From contig OZ199840.1 in NCBI GenBank assembly GCA_964304625.1, positions 10,984,341 to 11,048,340 of the forward strand: DNA of 64,000 nucleotides, in the 5' to 3' direction. The DNA is from Kudoa neothunni (Eukaryota; Animalia; Cnidaria). Within the stretch, counting starts at the first letter, position 1, and every line of letters starts with the position of its first letter. The notes beneath the pieces are model-generated. The model ran no database searches. It was not told the DNA's origin and saw only the letters and a list, made by a program, of their open reading frames with translations. Positions 1-12,902 of the stretch are shown piece after piece. The translations under genes and the position numbers were made by a program.

Positions 1-10
1 TAGATCTACC

Positions 11-470
11 TCACTGTGAGACATTGTGTCGGTCGTTTTTATTTTGTGTCGTGTCGGTTTCGAATTTTTTAATTGTAAACCAATGTTGTGACACCATGCC
101 GTTAATCACTGTTTCGTCACAAAGCCCAACTGATAATACACCTGAAAGTTTACGCTCAAAATCAAATCAATTGCTTTTTAAGTTCGATTATGTGTGTTTT
201 AATGAAAAATCGATCATAATTTAATAAACACCAAAAATATCCACTTGAACTACTGTGACCGTCTGTGATTGATGTCTTAAATTAGATAGAGATTGGAGGA
301 TTAAATTTAAAATATATTAACCAGATAATCATTATTTTTCCGTTTAGTTATGATTCTATTCATGGTACATGTCTCCACTTTGATGGAGTGATTATCTAGC
401 GGTTGATAAAGGTTCAAGTGTGGAATTTGATGGTCTCTAGGGAATTTTACCATTGTTGCTGCGCGTAATA
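11..470 (-). CDS. 3' exons of a probable C2-domain protein (partial; 5' part unresolved)
   Basis: Short GT-AG exons read ...LDNHSIKVET.../...FGVLSVGLCDETVINGMVSQHWFTIKK...SQ* (TGA 11-13), resembling the last strands of a C2 domain. Joining the exons needs frame corrections. Confidence 0.3.
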
Positions 471-2626
471 TTTAGTGTTGTTTTTTTAGGGTTTGTTATC
501 CGTAATAGTAAAGTATTTTAAAAATTTAATATAGTTTGTCTCATTTTTTAATTAATTTTATTATAAGTGGTTATCGAAATTGTATTTCTTATTGTAAAGG
601 AATTGATTTTAATCTTATCATAAAATCTTACATCTTTTCTTTAAGGATGTTGTGATTTTATTTATTTATGTAAATATATTGTTGTAAATTTTCTGAAAAA
701 ATTAATCCAACTTGATGATATTACATATATCAATTAGAAAAATTAAATGGATTTTTGAGTATATTTATATAGTGTCATTTACACTCACTCATCTCTCATA
801 TCTCATGACACTCATGACATACGGAAATCGGGCTTTTATTCAATAACCATAGAAATTGATATTTTATCAATATAGAATTCTATAATTAGGTTCAATATTG
901 TATTTAAATATGATTAACAAAAAGAGAGTATTAAAGATCTCATTTTTATATAACGGATCATTAATAGGTATTTTGCGCCAAAAATCGAGATACAATATGA
1001 CTATATTTATATATTTATTGATATAATAAAAAATATTTAATTTTCTAAAGCATATTTTTAAATATAATAGCATTTAAATCTATTTGTTGAATTATAATAT
1101 CAATTTTAATTTTAATTGATTGGTCAAAAAAATGTATAAACGTGTATGACAAAGAGAAATTTGATTTAACGCAGAGAAGAAATAATTACAAGTTATATTA
1201 TTATCGAAAAGTTTAAGAAATCACTTCTTCCGTAAATATTAATAATTTCGTTGGTTTTAAATGATAATTGAAGTTATAAAAGGCGAATATTCCAAGAAAT
1301 AAATTAATGGAGGAAAAATCCTCGAATCAGATGTTGAATCTAAGATCTAAAAGCTAACAAAATGATTTCAAATATTACAATAGATTGTGATTATCAAAAT
1401 ATTTAAAATTTATAAATATGATTGGAGTTAGAAGGAAGATATCTTGTGGTCAAAGGCTTAAAATAGGATAATCTTCTCAGTTTGACACTTGTCACATGGC
1501 GTGGGGGGTTAATTTTTACAGTAATAAATATTTAATAGAATTTTTGTAGTTTAAGTTCTACCAAAAATCATTTTATTTTCAGTTATTAGGAAATAAATGG
1601 AATAATATTTTTATTATAGACATTATGATATTAGGAGGGAAAATTTATGATTTTAAAAGGCGGTAAAATAATAATTGAAATGTATTTTTTATGGAATATG
1701 CATGCGCGAAAATTTAAATACAATTAATAATGACACAAAAAGCATATTATACAAAATAATAAGTATTTTAATATTCATGTCTGATTAAATTTTCTATTGT
1801 AAATTTTTGCAGAGGCTTTCTGAAAAAATATATCAATAGGAGTGATAATTTTAATAATTTTTTTCTATTCTACTGTGATACTTTACTTTGCGGACCATTA
1901 TTGCATAATTTAAATATTATTTCTTCCTCAGTAGGATTTTTTTTGGTTTTAAATTTACAATAAATATCATCAATTGCAAATGAGCATGTTCAATATTCAA
2001 AATAGGAGTACAAATACCCTGGATAATGTTTGGCGTTGTTCGGGGTAAGTCTACATTCTTGAGTGTTCCAAGATGGCATTCAAATAATCAGTAAGATATT
2101 GATTTCCTTTAATGAAAATTTTTGTTAACAAATTCTAGGGATGTTTTACATTAATATTTTCAAAATTACTTAAGTTGTCATACAATTTTTATACACGTTC
2201 TCCATGCAAATAAGACACATGATATGGAGTTTAAATTAGAATTTTCATTATAATAAGTTAAAACTTTGGGATTTTTAGATTTATGAACTTACTAAAGTGG
2301 AATAAAAAAATAGTCAATTTTAAATTACTGGTTAAAAAAGTTGCAGGAACAAACTCCAAAATTGAAAATAGTATTTTCAGGAAATACCGTTTTCCCTTGA
2401 TATCTAATTATTTTAATTGCGAGCTCATACATTTTCTGTAATTTGTATAACATCCAAACAAAATCCAATGGGAATATATTGTTGAGATATTGCCATGGAG
2501 AGTATAAAGCTATATAAACACCATTTTATATGTGCTATGAAAATAAAAAACTACAAGTGTAATAATTGGTCATAGTAGTAAAAATAATCATTGGGGTGTT
2601 ATCTCCGGATACAAACGCCCACTATC

Positions 2627-4910
2627 TCAACCTTCCGAGCGCTTCAAAATCGACTATACACTTAGTGTTTTGGGATCTATTAGACCCCACTTTTTTATTT
2701 AATATTATGAATTCAAGTAACTTTAAAAATTTCATCGTGCAAAAATTAAAAAATTCTATCGACAAAATCGTACAATATTGACAAAAAACATCAGACGGCG
2801 ACGTTTTCCGATAACACCCGAAAAATGTTCAAGTCTATATATTCTTGTTAAATACATTTTTACGAAATATTATTTAACAAGAACTTTCAGAAATATTTAA
2901 AATAATATGTATTAAAATATCTTATAATTAATTAAATAAAAACATTACGGCACAGCAAAATAGTTATCAACGAAATGAACTCCGACGTTCAACGTAAACA
3001 CATATATTAATGTAAAAGTTAATATTTGCAATCTGTGACCTTCTATATTATTATTGTTATTATTGTTGTTATTATTGTTGTTATTATTGTTGTTATTATT
3101 GTTGTTATTATTGTTGTTATTATTGTCGTTATTATTGTTGTTATTATTGTTGTTATTATTGTTGTTATTATTGTTGTTATTATTGTTGTTATTATTGTTG
3201 TTATTATTGTTGTTATTATTGTCGTTATTATTGTTGTTATTATTGTTGTTATTATTGTTGTTGTTATTATTTTTATTATTATTGTTGTTGTTATTATTAT
3301 TGTTGTTGTTGTTATTATTGTTGTTGTTGTTATTATTGTTGTTATTATTGTTGTTGTTATTATTTTTATTATTATTGTCATTATCTGTAAGTTTAAGAGC
3401 ATTGTAATATCATTATTTATATCAGGTCTACAATAAATCGATGGTCTCCCTCTAATTAACACTTTAATATGTACGTCAAAACAGAAATCTCATTCCGCAA
3501 AAATATGATATGTGTAATGTAAATATTATTTTTGTATAATGAACAGTTAAAAAAAGCACGTTAGGAATGTTCTTCGAAGCAATGTTTCTTATATACAACA
3601 CATATATGCATTGTCTTACGATCACTGTACTGTATCTTAGGCTTACAGTTACAGCACATAGTTTACGGGATTTTTTGGAACAATAGTGGTGCTATTCGGA
3701 TTTCCTACTCTTAATTTAGTTAAAAATTTAGCGCCAATGAACTGCTGAAGAAACGGAATGTGTTAGTGATATTCTCTAAAAATTAGGCTCTTTTGATTTC
3801 TCCATCATTGAATATGATTTTGCATAAGCAAAACGCGTTAGAGAGATTTACGTCGTTATTATACAAAATAATTCCTGATCCGCGCCTGGAATATCTTTTT
3901 AAGGTTGTGGTGGTGAAAATCCGATCAATTGTATCAATAGCTCATTTAATTTTGTTATAATAATTGATGCTACCCGGCTTCTTTTCTTCATCATTCAATA
4001 TATTTGTATAAGCTGTTGAATTTGCTAAAATTAAAAAATCCCTATTATTTTGGGGACTTACTTAAGGGTCCAGAATTCTCTTTTCATTCAACAGAAAAAT
4101 TATGCTAAATAACTCCCTTGTTTTATTTTTTTGCATTATACGAGGAAAATTCCTTTTATAAGTTAAAACCATGGTAGGAACCATTTTCAATAACTGAAAT
4201 CTCTTTACAACAATGATTATAAGATTATAATAATGAAAGTCAAACATATTGATATTTGTATTACACGCAACTTTTCCGTAAAAATTATCATTCAAAAATA
4301 CGTCAAAAAATCTGTTATAAGAAAGATTCTCTGAGCAGCAACATTCATAAGGCCTTCCTTAATAAGTTTTCTTTTAGTATTTTGGAGGTTTTTAAGGCTT
4401 CTGTAGCCCAGATAAGGTTATTGTCATCATATTCAGATAAATTAGTAGCAGAATCAATATAATCAGAGGAATCGATGATTTCACTGAAGTCGGGACTATA
4501 ATCGGCGGAATATATTTCGTTAAAGTCCTCCACGAAGACAAATATCCCTAATAAGCACGTTTCGTGTATAATCGTATAAACTCGTTGACAAGTATATCTC
4601 ATTTTTCTCTTTATTTCGTCGATAGATTTTGCTCATATTTTCAATTCCAATTTATTATAATTTTATACATAAAATGATTAAATTAAATTGCATAGTCTAT
4701 TGGACCCCCAAAACACCAAGTGTACAATTTTTAGTTTATTTTCCATCTATTAGTGATAATTTAAAAACTATTTGGCAGACATATAATGTAGTAAATTTCA
4801 TAAGAATAGACCGAGTTTTAGAAAATTTAGATGATTGGAAATGGGCAAAAACTAACCTTTAATATGGCTAGGGGTGTAATAGACCCCAAAAGCCCTCGAA
4901 ATGCAAAAGT
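2627..4910 (-). mobile_element. Decayed piggyBac-family transposon
   Basis: Minus-strand fragments NDNFY (catalytic D region), YSRRGSGIILYNNDVNLSNAF and the Cys-rich tail CCNCKPK..DRKTMHICVVYKKHCFEEH. Subterminal inverted repeats at ~2653-2690 and ~4694-4730. Left end resembles the TTAA-CCTTCC end at 53819. Confidence 0.6.
3045..3375. repeat. (TTATTATTGTTG)n tandem repeat decaying into mixed TTA/TTG
   Basis: Directly visible 12-bp unit; produces the spurious poly-I/V, poly-L and poly-I/T ORFs. Confidence 0.97.
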
Positions 4911-5840
4911 TTCTCATGATTCATAAATTTTCGCCGAAGGATTTTTTTTCGATTATTATTAATATTATAGGAGAAAAACGTGTTTATAATCAACAGTAGT
5001 TAACTTATGGTTTCTTTAACCGTTGCAATAATATAAACTTACTAATGGGATAAGTAGTATTTTTAACTTTTACATGGAAAATCTTTTAATTTTGTTTGTC
5101 CTATAGACATAGTATGATTATGAAAATCTTCAATCTCAGTGATTTCCACATAGTTATATGAAGTGTTCTTTATCTACCTTTACTTTTCCTGCCATATCCA
5201 ATATTCGCACATATTATTCAGTTTGAAATTATTATTGTAAAAAATCTCTTTACAATAAATCATATATTTACTCTTTTTAATGTTGACAGCGGAAAATACA
5301 CGGTGGAGTATTATTCGGTTCATATCTTTATAATTGCACACAACGAATTGCTGTGTAATTATTATTAAACTTCGCTCAAGCGCCAAAAAATTCTCGCTTT
5401 TAACTAAAATTTATAATACCTCCAAAGACTCTGATAAACTTCATGTAATTATTTAAACTGATTTTTATTAGAATATAATTCTATAATACAGATAACAAAT
5501 GTAACCGGTTAAAATTCATAATAAGTAGGAGGATTAAGTTTATCCAATTTTCAATTCCATTCATAAATAGTTGTCATATTCGATTAATTTATATAAAAAA
5601 TAACTAACTATTCAAAAAATCAATCATCCAGTTTCATTTGAAGCTGGAAATATTAGATAGTGTCATTTAAAATTATAATTTACATAATATCCACCTCTAA
5701 CGATTTTATTATCAAAATAAATGAGTGACGGTACTTTTTTATATAAGGAAAGTAGTTACCACTCTTAAATTTGCAATAAAATGCGTTAACACTCTCCAGT
5801 TTTTAAATCAAAAGGCTCGCGCAGAACCCAATCGTTTAAA

Positions 5841-6734
5841 ATGGATAAGGCTTTACGTGCACTTCTTGGCGACAGCCTCAAAAGACAAATGATGAAGTTT
5901 TATAAAACTGAAATCGACACCAACTACATGCTATCCAGAACCTCGAAAAGCAAGTTAATTGAAGACAAAGTTTTTCCCTATGTGCGTTTTCCAGCTCGAT
6001 TGGATCCCATTCCTATTGACACTGGAAAAATGAAACCTCTTTTTACCGAGAATCTTCTTAACAATCATCAAAAAAAGTATATTGGAGAGTGCGTAGAGAA
6101 TTACAACGAGAGTGTTAAAAAATATTTCGCCGAGAGTACTCCCCACCTAGAATCTAGATTGCTTAGCGTTAGTCTGATTGGGTATGTATGCTAGGTACGC
6201 CTGGAGTGGAACACGAGAAACTGTTAGGCGCTATCAATCACTACGGTGGTGCTATTATCAATATGAAAATCTATTGGAATACACTCTCCGAAGAGGGTGA
6301 ACCGAAAGGCCCACAATTTGACCTATTTCGAATTATACAACGTGATTTCGGTACCACCGCCAAAATGATTGACGAACTTAAAGCCACATGCATGGATATT
6401 AAGGGTTATGGCTGGGGATGGTTGGTAATTAATTGTTAATATTGTGACAATAATAATGGTTTTTATTGTTGCGGTAACGTGATAGGGATTTGATGTCACC
6501 ACCAACAGTCTGTCTATTGCTAGCACGCCAGATGAAATTCCACTCCAAATGAGAACCGGTCTCCTACCGCTTTTCGGCATTGACATGTGGGAACATGCTT
6601 ACTATTTACAATACAAAAACCTCAAAGCGGACTATCTGAATTCAGTTATTTCAAGACTCAACTGGAAAAACGCCAGTCAACTTTTGGACGAATATCAAGC
6701 GATTGCACTCGATTTGCATTCAAAATTAGACTAA
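5841..6734 (+). CDS. SOD2: Fe/Mn superoxide dismutase homolog (SOD2-like) with a degenerate active site; 3 exons, introns ~6172-6194 and 6425-6485
   Basis: Spliced protein contains AINHYGGAIINMKIYWNTLS, IQRDFGT, KGYGWGWL|GFD and GLLPLFGIDMWEHAYYLQYKNLKADYL...LNW, colinear with MnSOD. Confidence 0.9.
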
Positions 6735-6793
6735 TCAAAAACAATTGATAGCTGTTATACGCTTTAACAGTTTTTCTTAAGAGGTTTTTTATG

Positions 6794-9700
6794 CTACAAA
6801 AAAGCGCAGTCAGAAGATCCATAGTAATAATAGTGGATTTGTTTGGAGGGGTGTTGTGTGTCAATCCAAAGGGTGCCTTCTTCTATCATCTGATCCTAAT
6901 AATTTGTATTATTAAATAAATATTATAAATTTATATTATTAAATAAATATTGATAATTAATAAATATTATAAGTAGACCTTGCAATTATTTGCGTTCATA
7001 TTTGTAAATTCGATGAATATTTTGAATGTCGAATTTTCGGTGTTTATCAGTAAAAACAGGATTAGGTAAAAAAATTTCAACGCATACCTTCCCGCACATT
7101 AATAATTATGTAGGCTTGAATGTCTCATTGTTTTAGAATTTTTTGTTAAATGGGACCTTTTATATTATCATTATTATTTTTAACTAAATTTAATCCATAC
7201 TCAAATTATGTTTGACTTAAGGTTTTATAAATTGTTCGGACTACATTATCAATAATTATCTGAACGTGAAATTTTTTCCCGCCTCAAATATCACTCATAA
7301 TCCTCCGAAATTATTAATTAGATCACTTTCATGAATTTCGATATCGCTAATTTATAAAAATAAACTTACGATTTGATTGGAAAAGCAGTCAAAAAATAAA
7401 GAATAGAATTCATGTAGTACGCTTGCGCCAATTTAAAAAACATAAAGAAGACGTTAGAGGATAAAAATTAAGAGAAATTATTAGATTTTAATTATTAGTT
7501 TTTAACTATTAGATTTGGAGTTATTCACTTCCGTAACAATTAAAAAAAAAGCTACGCATACGAAGCCTACGGAACATTAAGACAATATCCAGTGTCTTAA
7601 ATAAAGTGCGGTCACACGCGTGTGGCTGCGTCTATTGACATTGGTCCGACAGATTAGCATCGCGTGTTTTATAAATTTACTTTAAATTTGTATACCATTA
7701 AATTTAACATCATAAATAACAATTCAATGATAAACATATCTAAAAATTATGTTTGATTGAAGAATAAGTAGGAAGACCCTATTTAGAAACGGATAACATC
7801 AAGATTTTTACGGTTAAACTTATGAAACGTTATATTTTTGAATCAAAGAATTCACTACGTTTAACTTTTCATAAAAATCTAAACTTCATATTTATATATT
7901 CTGATGACTTAACTTTGTGTTATAGTGACCCCTAGAGCGCACCTACAAATAATAAATAATGGGGTTCAAATGTATTTTACTCTATTTTTAAAAATACGAA
8001 AATATTATTTATATCAGCCCGATAATTTATCCGTATTTATTTTCAATAAAGAAATACTAATGAGTTAGTTCACACGAAGTTTAATATACAAATAATTTAT
8101 GTGGTCAGCAGCCAAGTAGTTTAACATATTTATATCCAAATATTTATAAAAATTATATTAACTATTTAATTAAAATAAACATTTTTTAACACCCCAATAA
8201 AATAATTATACATTTTCTTTTAATTTTCAAAAAAACTATATTAATTATGGTAGAATATTCTTAAACGATGAGCTTATATAATGTTGGTTACATGTTACAT
8301 GTTTGATAACATAATTAGAGAAACTTAGAAAAATTTTAAAAGTTAATTTAAAAACGATATTACTAAACAAATCCGCCTTATAACTCTAATCCTGCTAACA
8401 TCAGAAAGAGTATTTACTGTATGATTTAAATCATTCAATAATATTACCGATATGATTTCATGGGACATTATAATACTCGAACATATCGTTTTTGTGCACT
8501 CTCAATGACTTTGCAATTTAATATGGAAATATTATTGTTGTCCTGATATTCGACTCGAATTGTTAGATTCTCAATTTCAACTCTGAAATGCGACAAATTA
8601 TAGCACTAACGTTAAAAAACTATTCTTGTTAATGTTAATATCACTATCTTCTAATCTACCATCGACGCTGTTCATCTAATATGTATAACAACGCTATCCT
8701 GTATAATGTTCCATAAAATACAACGTTACAACATTACAACATTACAACATTGTGTTGATACTATGGCTAATTAATCGATTTTACATAAATATACTCGAAA
8801 AAATAAAACAATATAATGATAAATAAAATAATAAAATCTGAATAACATGAACAAGCTATATCGGTATGATTTCCCAATCAAATGTATGTTTTTAAACGTT
8901 GTACTATAATAACCAATTTTATTTTACTAAATATGGTGCAAAAAAGGCAAAACCAATATAAAACTTATCTGCCAGTCAAATACATACTGGCTACACAATA
9001 AATGCCGATAAATTCTTAAAAATTCGACGAACATAGATTTTATTCGAAAATTAAATGAAAATGTATAATGTATAATGTATAATGTATTATTATTATTATT
9101 ATTATTATTACTATTATTACTATTATTTGGGGAAATTTGACCAAGAATTTCATAATAATAAAGGTTAAAATGTAGACTTGTGGCCGTAATCCAAAATCAA
9201 CTATTACTATAAAAATCTAACTTATTTATTATTTTAATTTGTTGTATTTATCATTGTTTCATCCCCAGTAGGAAGTAGGAGTAGGTTATTATCGGCATTA
9301 TATTTGTTATCAATAATAGTTTCCGTAATATATTCTTTAAAAAACTGCTAGCCCCTCGCAGTTATCTCCACAGGCCATACCATTTAATCGGTCGAATAAA
9401 AATTGCTTAATTTATACTAAAATTTGAGTGTTACAACCATGATTTTTGATCGATTGTCATATTTCATCCTTAGCAATTGCCCATCATTAATTCCATGTGT
9501 ATAAGAATAGGTTGTTCATATTTTATACCAGCATTAGTTGATTAATTGGAGCGAATGTATAAATTTACTTTAAAAAATTAATTCGGTGGATGAAATCCAC
9601 TCATTCCTATCATTAAATTTTCAGCAAATATAACATTAATTTAATTTAAAAGATGTAGGATTAATATACGAACTAATTATAATGTTTAATCGGAAAATGC

Positions 9701-10853
9701 GGCCACTATTCTGCATTTCAGCCATAATAAATATATATGGGTTGCAATATATATTTTTCATTTTTCTGCGTTATAAATATATAATAAAATTAAAATAACT
9801 TTATAATAGACACGAGTTTGTTAAAAAAAGTAATATTAAGATTATGTGGTCAATTATACAATTCAAATATTCACATACCTTGCATTGAAATAGAAGAATA
9901 ATTGGTTTATTAATTTTTGTTTAGGATTAAAAAAATATTTATTACCAATGCAAATTGGATTCGATCCATATTCCAATGACTCAAACTTTTCTGAATCACT
10001 TCAAAGGATAATGAACAGTTTTCCTTTTTAAATAAATCATAAAAAAATAACAAGTGAATATACGAGCTTACTTCGGCAAGTTTTAACACAGTTAAATGGT
10101 CATTGCTGAATGTATTCATGGAGAGAAATATTTTACCGTTTTTCAACTCAATCACCTGGATGAAAGAGCCAAGAATTTTTGTTTTATCCACCGCTTTTAG
10201 AATGTCATTAGAGGTCACTTGTTGATGACTTTTCTGGGAAAGATATTCAACAAGTTGATCGATCGCCACAAATCCGCCAGTGGAATCCATTTGTGCGGTC
10301 ATAATTTCGATTATTCTAATAGCGAGCTATTATAACAATTTTAATATCCATGATATTATTACAATTATCTAAAGTATTATTAAAATTATGTATAACCTTA
10401 TAATAGAACTCATGGAAACCAGTCAACATTCCCCAAATATTAGTATTCGCTAGTTGAATAAATTTAAAAACAAATATCATCGAATCAATCCGTTAATAGA
10501 GAATTCTATTCACTTTCAAGAGGGTCCAAACCAACTTGTGAGCACATTTCTAAAAATTTCTCTCTAAATTCGTGACTGTATTTTAATTTTGTGCTGTATG
10601 ATTTGGAAAATTCTTGAAGATTCTCTTTGAATTTTTTCATAATTTCACTCATCTGGTCGAAAAAATTTAATTTAATTGTATTTTTTATTTCTAGGTACTT
10701 TTTCAGTTTCATCATTGGTTAGCTGAACCATTTTTGATTCATATCGTTTCTAAAGATTGTAAATAATTCTATCAACTCATTTTATGGGAGAGTGGAATAA
10801 ACTTTTTCAGCTTTTTGCGCATCAATAGCTCCAATACCGTATTTTCGCCTCAT
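6794..10853 (-). CDS. SNF8: ESCRT-II subunit SNF8/VPS22/EAP30; about 7 exons, last intron 6896-9945
   Basis: MRRKYGIGAI..., FKENLQEFS...EFREKFLEMCSQVGLDPL, GFHEFYYKLAIRIIEI, GGFVAIDQL, DILKAVDK, NDHLTVLKLAE and terminal exon DQMIEEGTLWIDTQ...HYY* match SNF8 in order. Confidence 0.9.
8340..9780 (-). pseudogene. Highly divergent, fragmented GH38 (alpha-mannosidase II-like) coding relic inside the last SNF8 intron
   Basis: Ordered fragments NPYIFIMAEM, HGINDGQLLRMKY, MACGDNCEGLAVF, ADNNLLLLPTGDE and DKFYIGFAFFAPYL resemble GH38 motifs FIWAEI, MLIQRxHY, TCGPDP, TNVLLIPLGDD and DNYWSGYYTSRPY. No clean spliced frame was built. Confidence 0.3.
9061..9127. repeat. (ATGTATA)n followed by (ATT/ACT)n microsatellite
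   Basis: Directly visible. Confidence 0.9.
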
Positions 10854-10888
10854 CCCCTAAATAAACACACTGTTGACATGCGCCAAAG
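10854..10888. promoter_or_regulatory. 35-bp interval between the divergent SNF8 and SNAPC1-like start codons, containing ACATGCGC
   Basis: Minus-strand ATG at 10851-10853, plus-strand ATG at 10889, motif at 10876-10883. Regulatory role is inferred. Confidence 0.45.
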
Positions 10889-12062
10889 ATGCTACTTTGC
10901 GAGGCTGTAGCGAACGACGTTAAAACATTAATTTATCAGTTTTCCGCACAAAATGATTCTAGCTATTCAGAATTTTTAAAGGTGTGGGCTAATGTCAAAT
11001 TTCCTTTGATTTTGTGGTGAATGATAAAATTATTTTCTCAATATTTAATGTGGTTTTTAGCGCCCGACCTCAACTACAACGTAACGAAGTACACGGAAAA
11101 TCGTAGTTTCATAAATGAAAATGTTGCTATAGATATTTAACTATGTGATGTATAATTTCGTGAAAATTCTACGAAGTTCTGGTGGTATTTTACCGCAAAT
11201 CGGCTGCATTTATGGAATGTTTTCGATGTGCGGGCTAAAAAGGCTAAATTGCGCTGAGATTTTCGTAATTATTTCAATCAAATTAAAAACTATTTAATAT
11301 GATTTTAATTAGATTCGGATTCCTATGGATTTTGTTGATGGCTTCAATCTATTTGTTTCCTATTTGAAACTTCACAAGGTACATCATAAAAACACAGTTT
11401 TTGTGAATTTTCCAGAAAACCTATTAATCCTTTTTCTAGTACTATGAACCACTGTATATGATTATTTTTATGAAATCACATGATTACTTTATTGTCTCAG
11501 TTGAATCGAGTTTAGTAAGTTAATTATTGTTGTGTGTATTTGCTTCAATGTGGGCTTGGTGTTATTTAGTATGATTATGGAGCTAGATCCTCCCTTTACA
11601 CACATTCAAGTGAGAATCATAAGGAGACTAATGACATTGGATTTGTGCAAAATTTAGTTAAAAACAAAATCAACTCGGATAAAGTATTTTATTCGAAATT
11701 ATTTATTTTTAAGGTGTTAGGATCGGATTGACTAGGATTTTATTTAGAATCTCTCGTACACCGAAACCGACTACAATCTATCCAAAATTCGTATTAAATG
11801 CCTATTAAATACATTCCACTCCAAATCACACGATGATGAATCCAAAAAATTAAAATCTGATAAGTCGAATAATGCATCCGACCCTAAAGCTTTAGATAAT
11901 GAAGATTCAGTTCCTGGGTGGATTTTCGAAGATATCGGTCCTTCCAAAACTGCTGAAAATCATGATGAGAAAAGTCACCAGCTTGACTTTCTCACAGATA
12001 ACTTTACGTTTGGTGAAATAATCAATCACATCAACATAAAACAACAAAAGCGGCGGAATTGA
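10889..12062 (+). CDS. SNAPC1: snRNA-activating protein complex subunit 1 (SNAP43)-like; about 7 exons, missed by the ORF track
   Basis: Splices to MLLCEAVANDVKTLIYQFSAQNDSSYSEFLKVWANVKFPLILCARP...QIGCIYGMFSM...IRIPMD...YEPLYMIIFMKSHDYFIV, paralleling SNAPC1 (DCEALLSRF, FTELWRNMKFGTIFCGR, VGALYLLY, KIRV). All introns GT-AG; TGA at 12060-12062. Confidence 0.75.
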
Positions 12063-12512
12063 GCTGACTTTTTTATTTTTTTAGAAAATTATTTTTCTCT
12101 CTTAATTTAGTTTAAAATTATAATTCATTCTGTTTAAAATTTTTAGTTTTAAATTCAATTCATTATTATATTGCAAAAAACGCGAATTAAATAAAACTTT
12201 AAATTTAAAAAATTTTTTTGAATCGGTTTCATTACCATTTTAAGATTTAGATGTGCGTATATAAAGAAATTATGTAAAATATTAATCAACTACATTGGTT
12301 GAAATCGGTGAGTTCAGCTGATGTATTAGTAAGGATGCGTGCGATTAACAATTTTTCTTTTTTTTAAATATATTAATCTTACTACAAATAATCCGCCATT
12401 TTGAAAATAATTTTAATCCGGCACTAAATTACCATTTACAGCGGGCAGCCGATTTTTCGTACTCAAGGAAATCTTATGATCGACGTTTTAGAACCGTCAT
12501 TATTTTAAACGA

Positions 12513-12541
12513 ATCATCATCATCATCATCATCATCATCAT
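12513..12541. repeat. (ATC)n microsatellite
   Basis: Directly visible. Confidence 0.9.
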
Positions 12542-12902
12542 AATTCAATTCTATTATAATATTTGTGAAATATTAATTTGACGAAGAGAAGATAAAAATA
12601 ATATTCTTTAGTTGGATGGCTAATTTGTACAAAGTTTGTATATTTTCCATTTGTTTCTTCTTCAAACTGTTGTTTTAATAATCAGAGTATGTTATATTTT
12701 TAACCGTACATATTGCTTTACGGTATTCGTACTTCCACATGAATACCAATCTCTTTTACAATCATTTACTAGTCATTTTATCATGTTATTGCCTGTATTT
12801 ACGGAAGGTATTTTATGTCAAGAGAAATAGGGAAATCTAGGTAATATAATAATTCTAATTTTAATAGATAAAGCCATATTAGTAATAATTGCTGTAAACC
12901 AG

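Noticed and set aside
3045-3375. CRISPR-like or telomeric array
   Set aside because: No unique spacers, internal position and simple microsatellite composition.
3026-3462. Three ORFs of poly-I/V, poly-L and poly-I/T
   Set aside because: They are stop-free frames of the (TTATTATTGTTG)n repeat.
5781-5840. ATG-CGT-TAA in frame upstream of the SOD gene, suggesting stop-codon reassignment
   Set aside because: TAA (SOD), TAG (SNF8) and TGA (SNAPC1-like) all end genes here, and conserved exons contain no in-frame stops.
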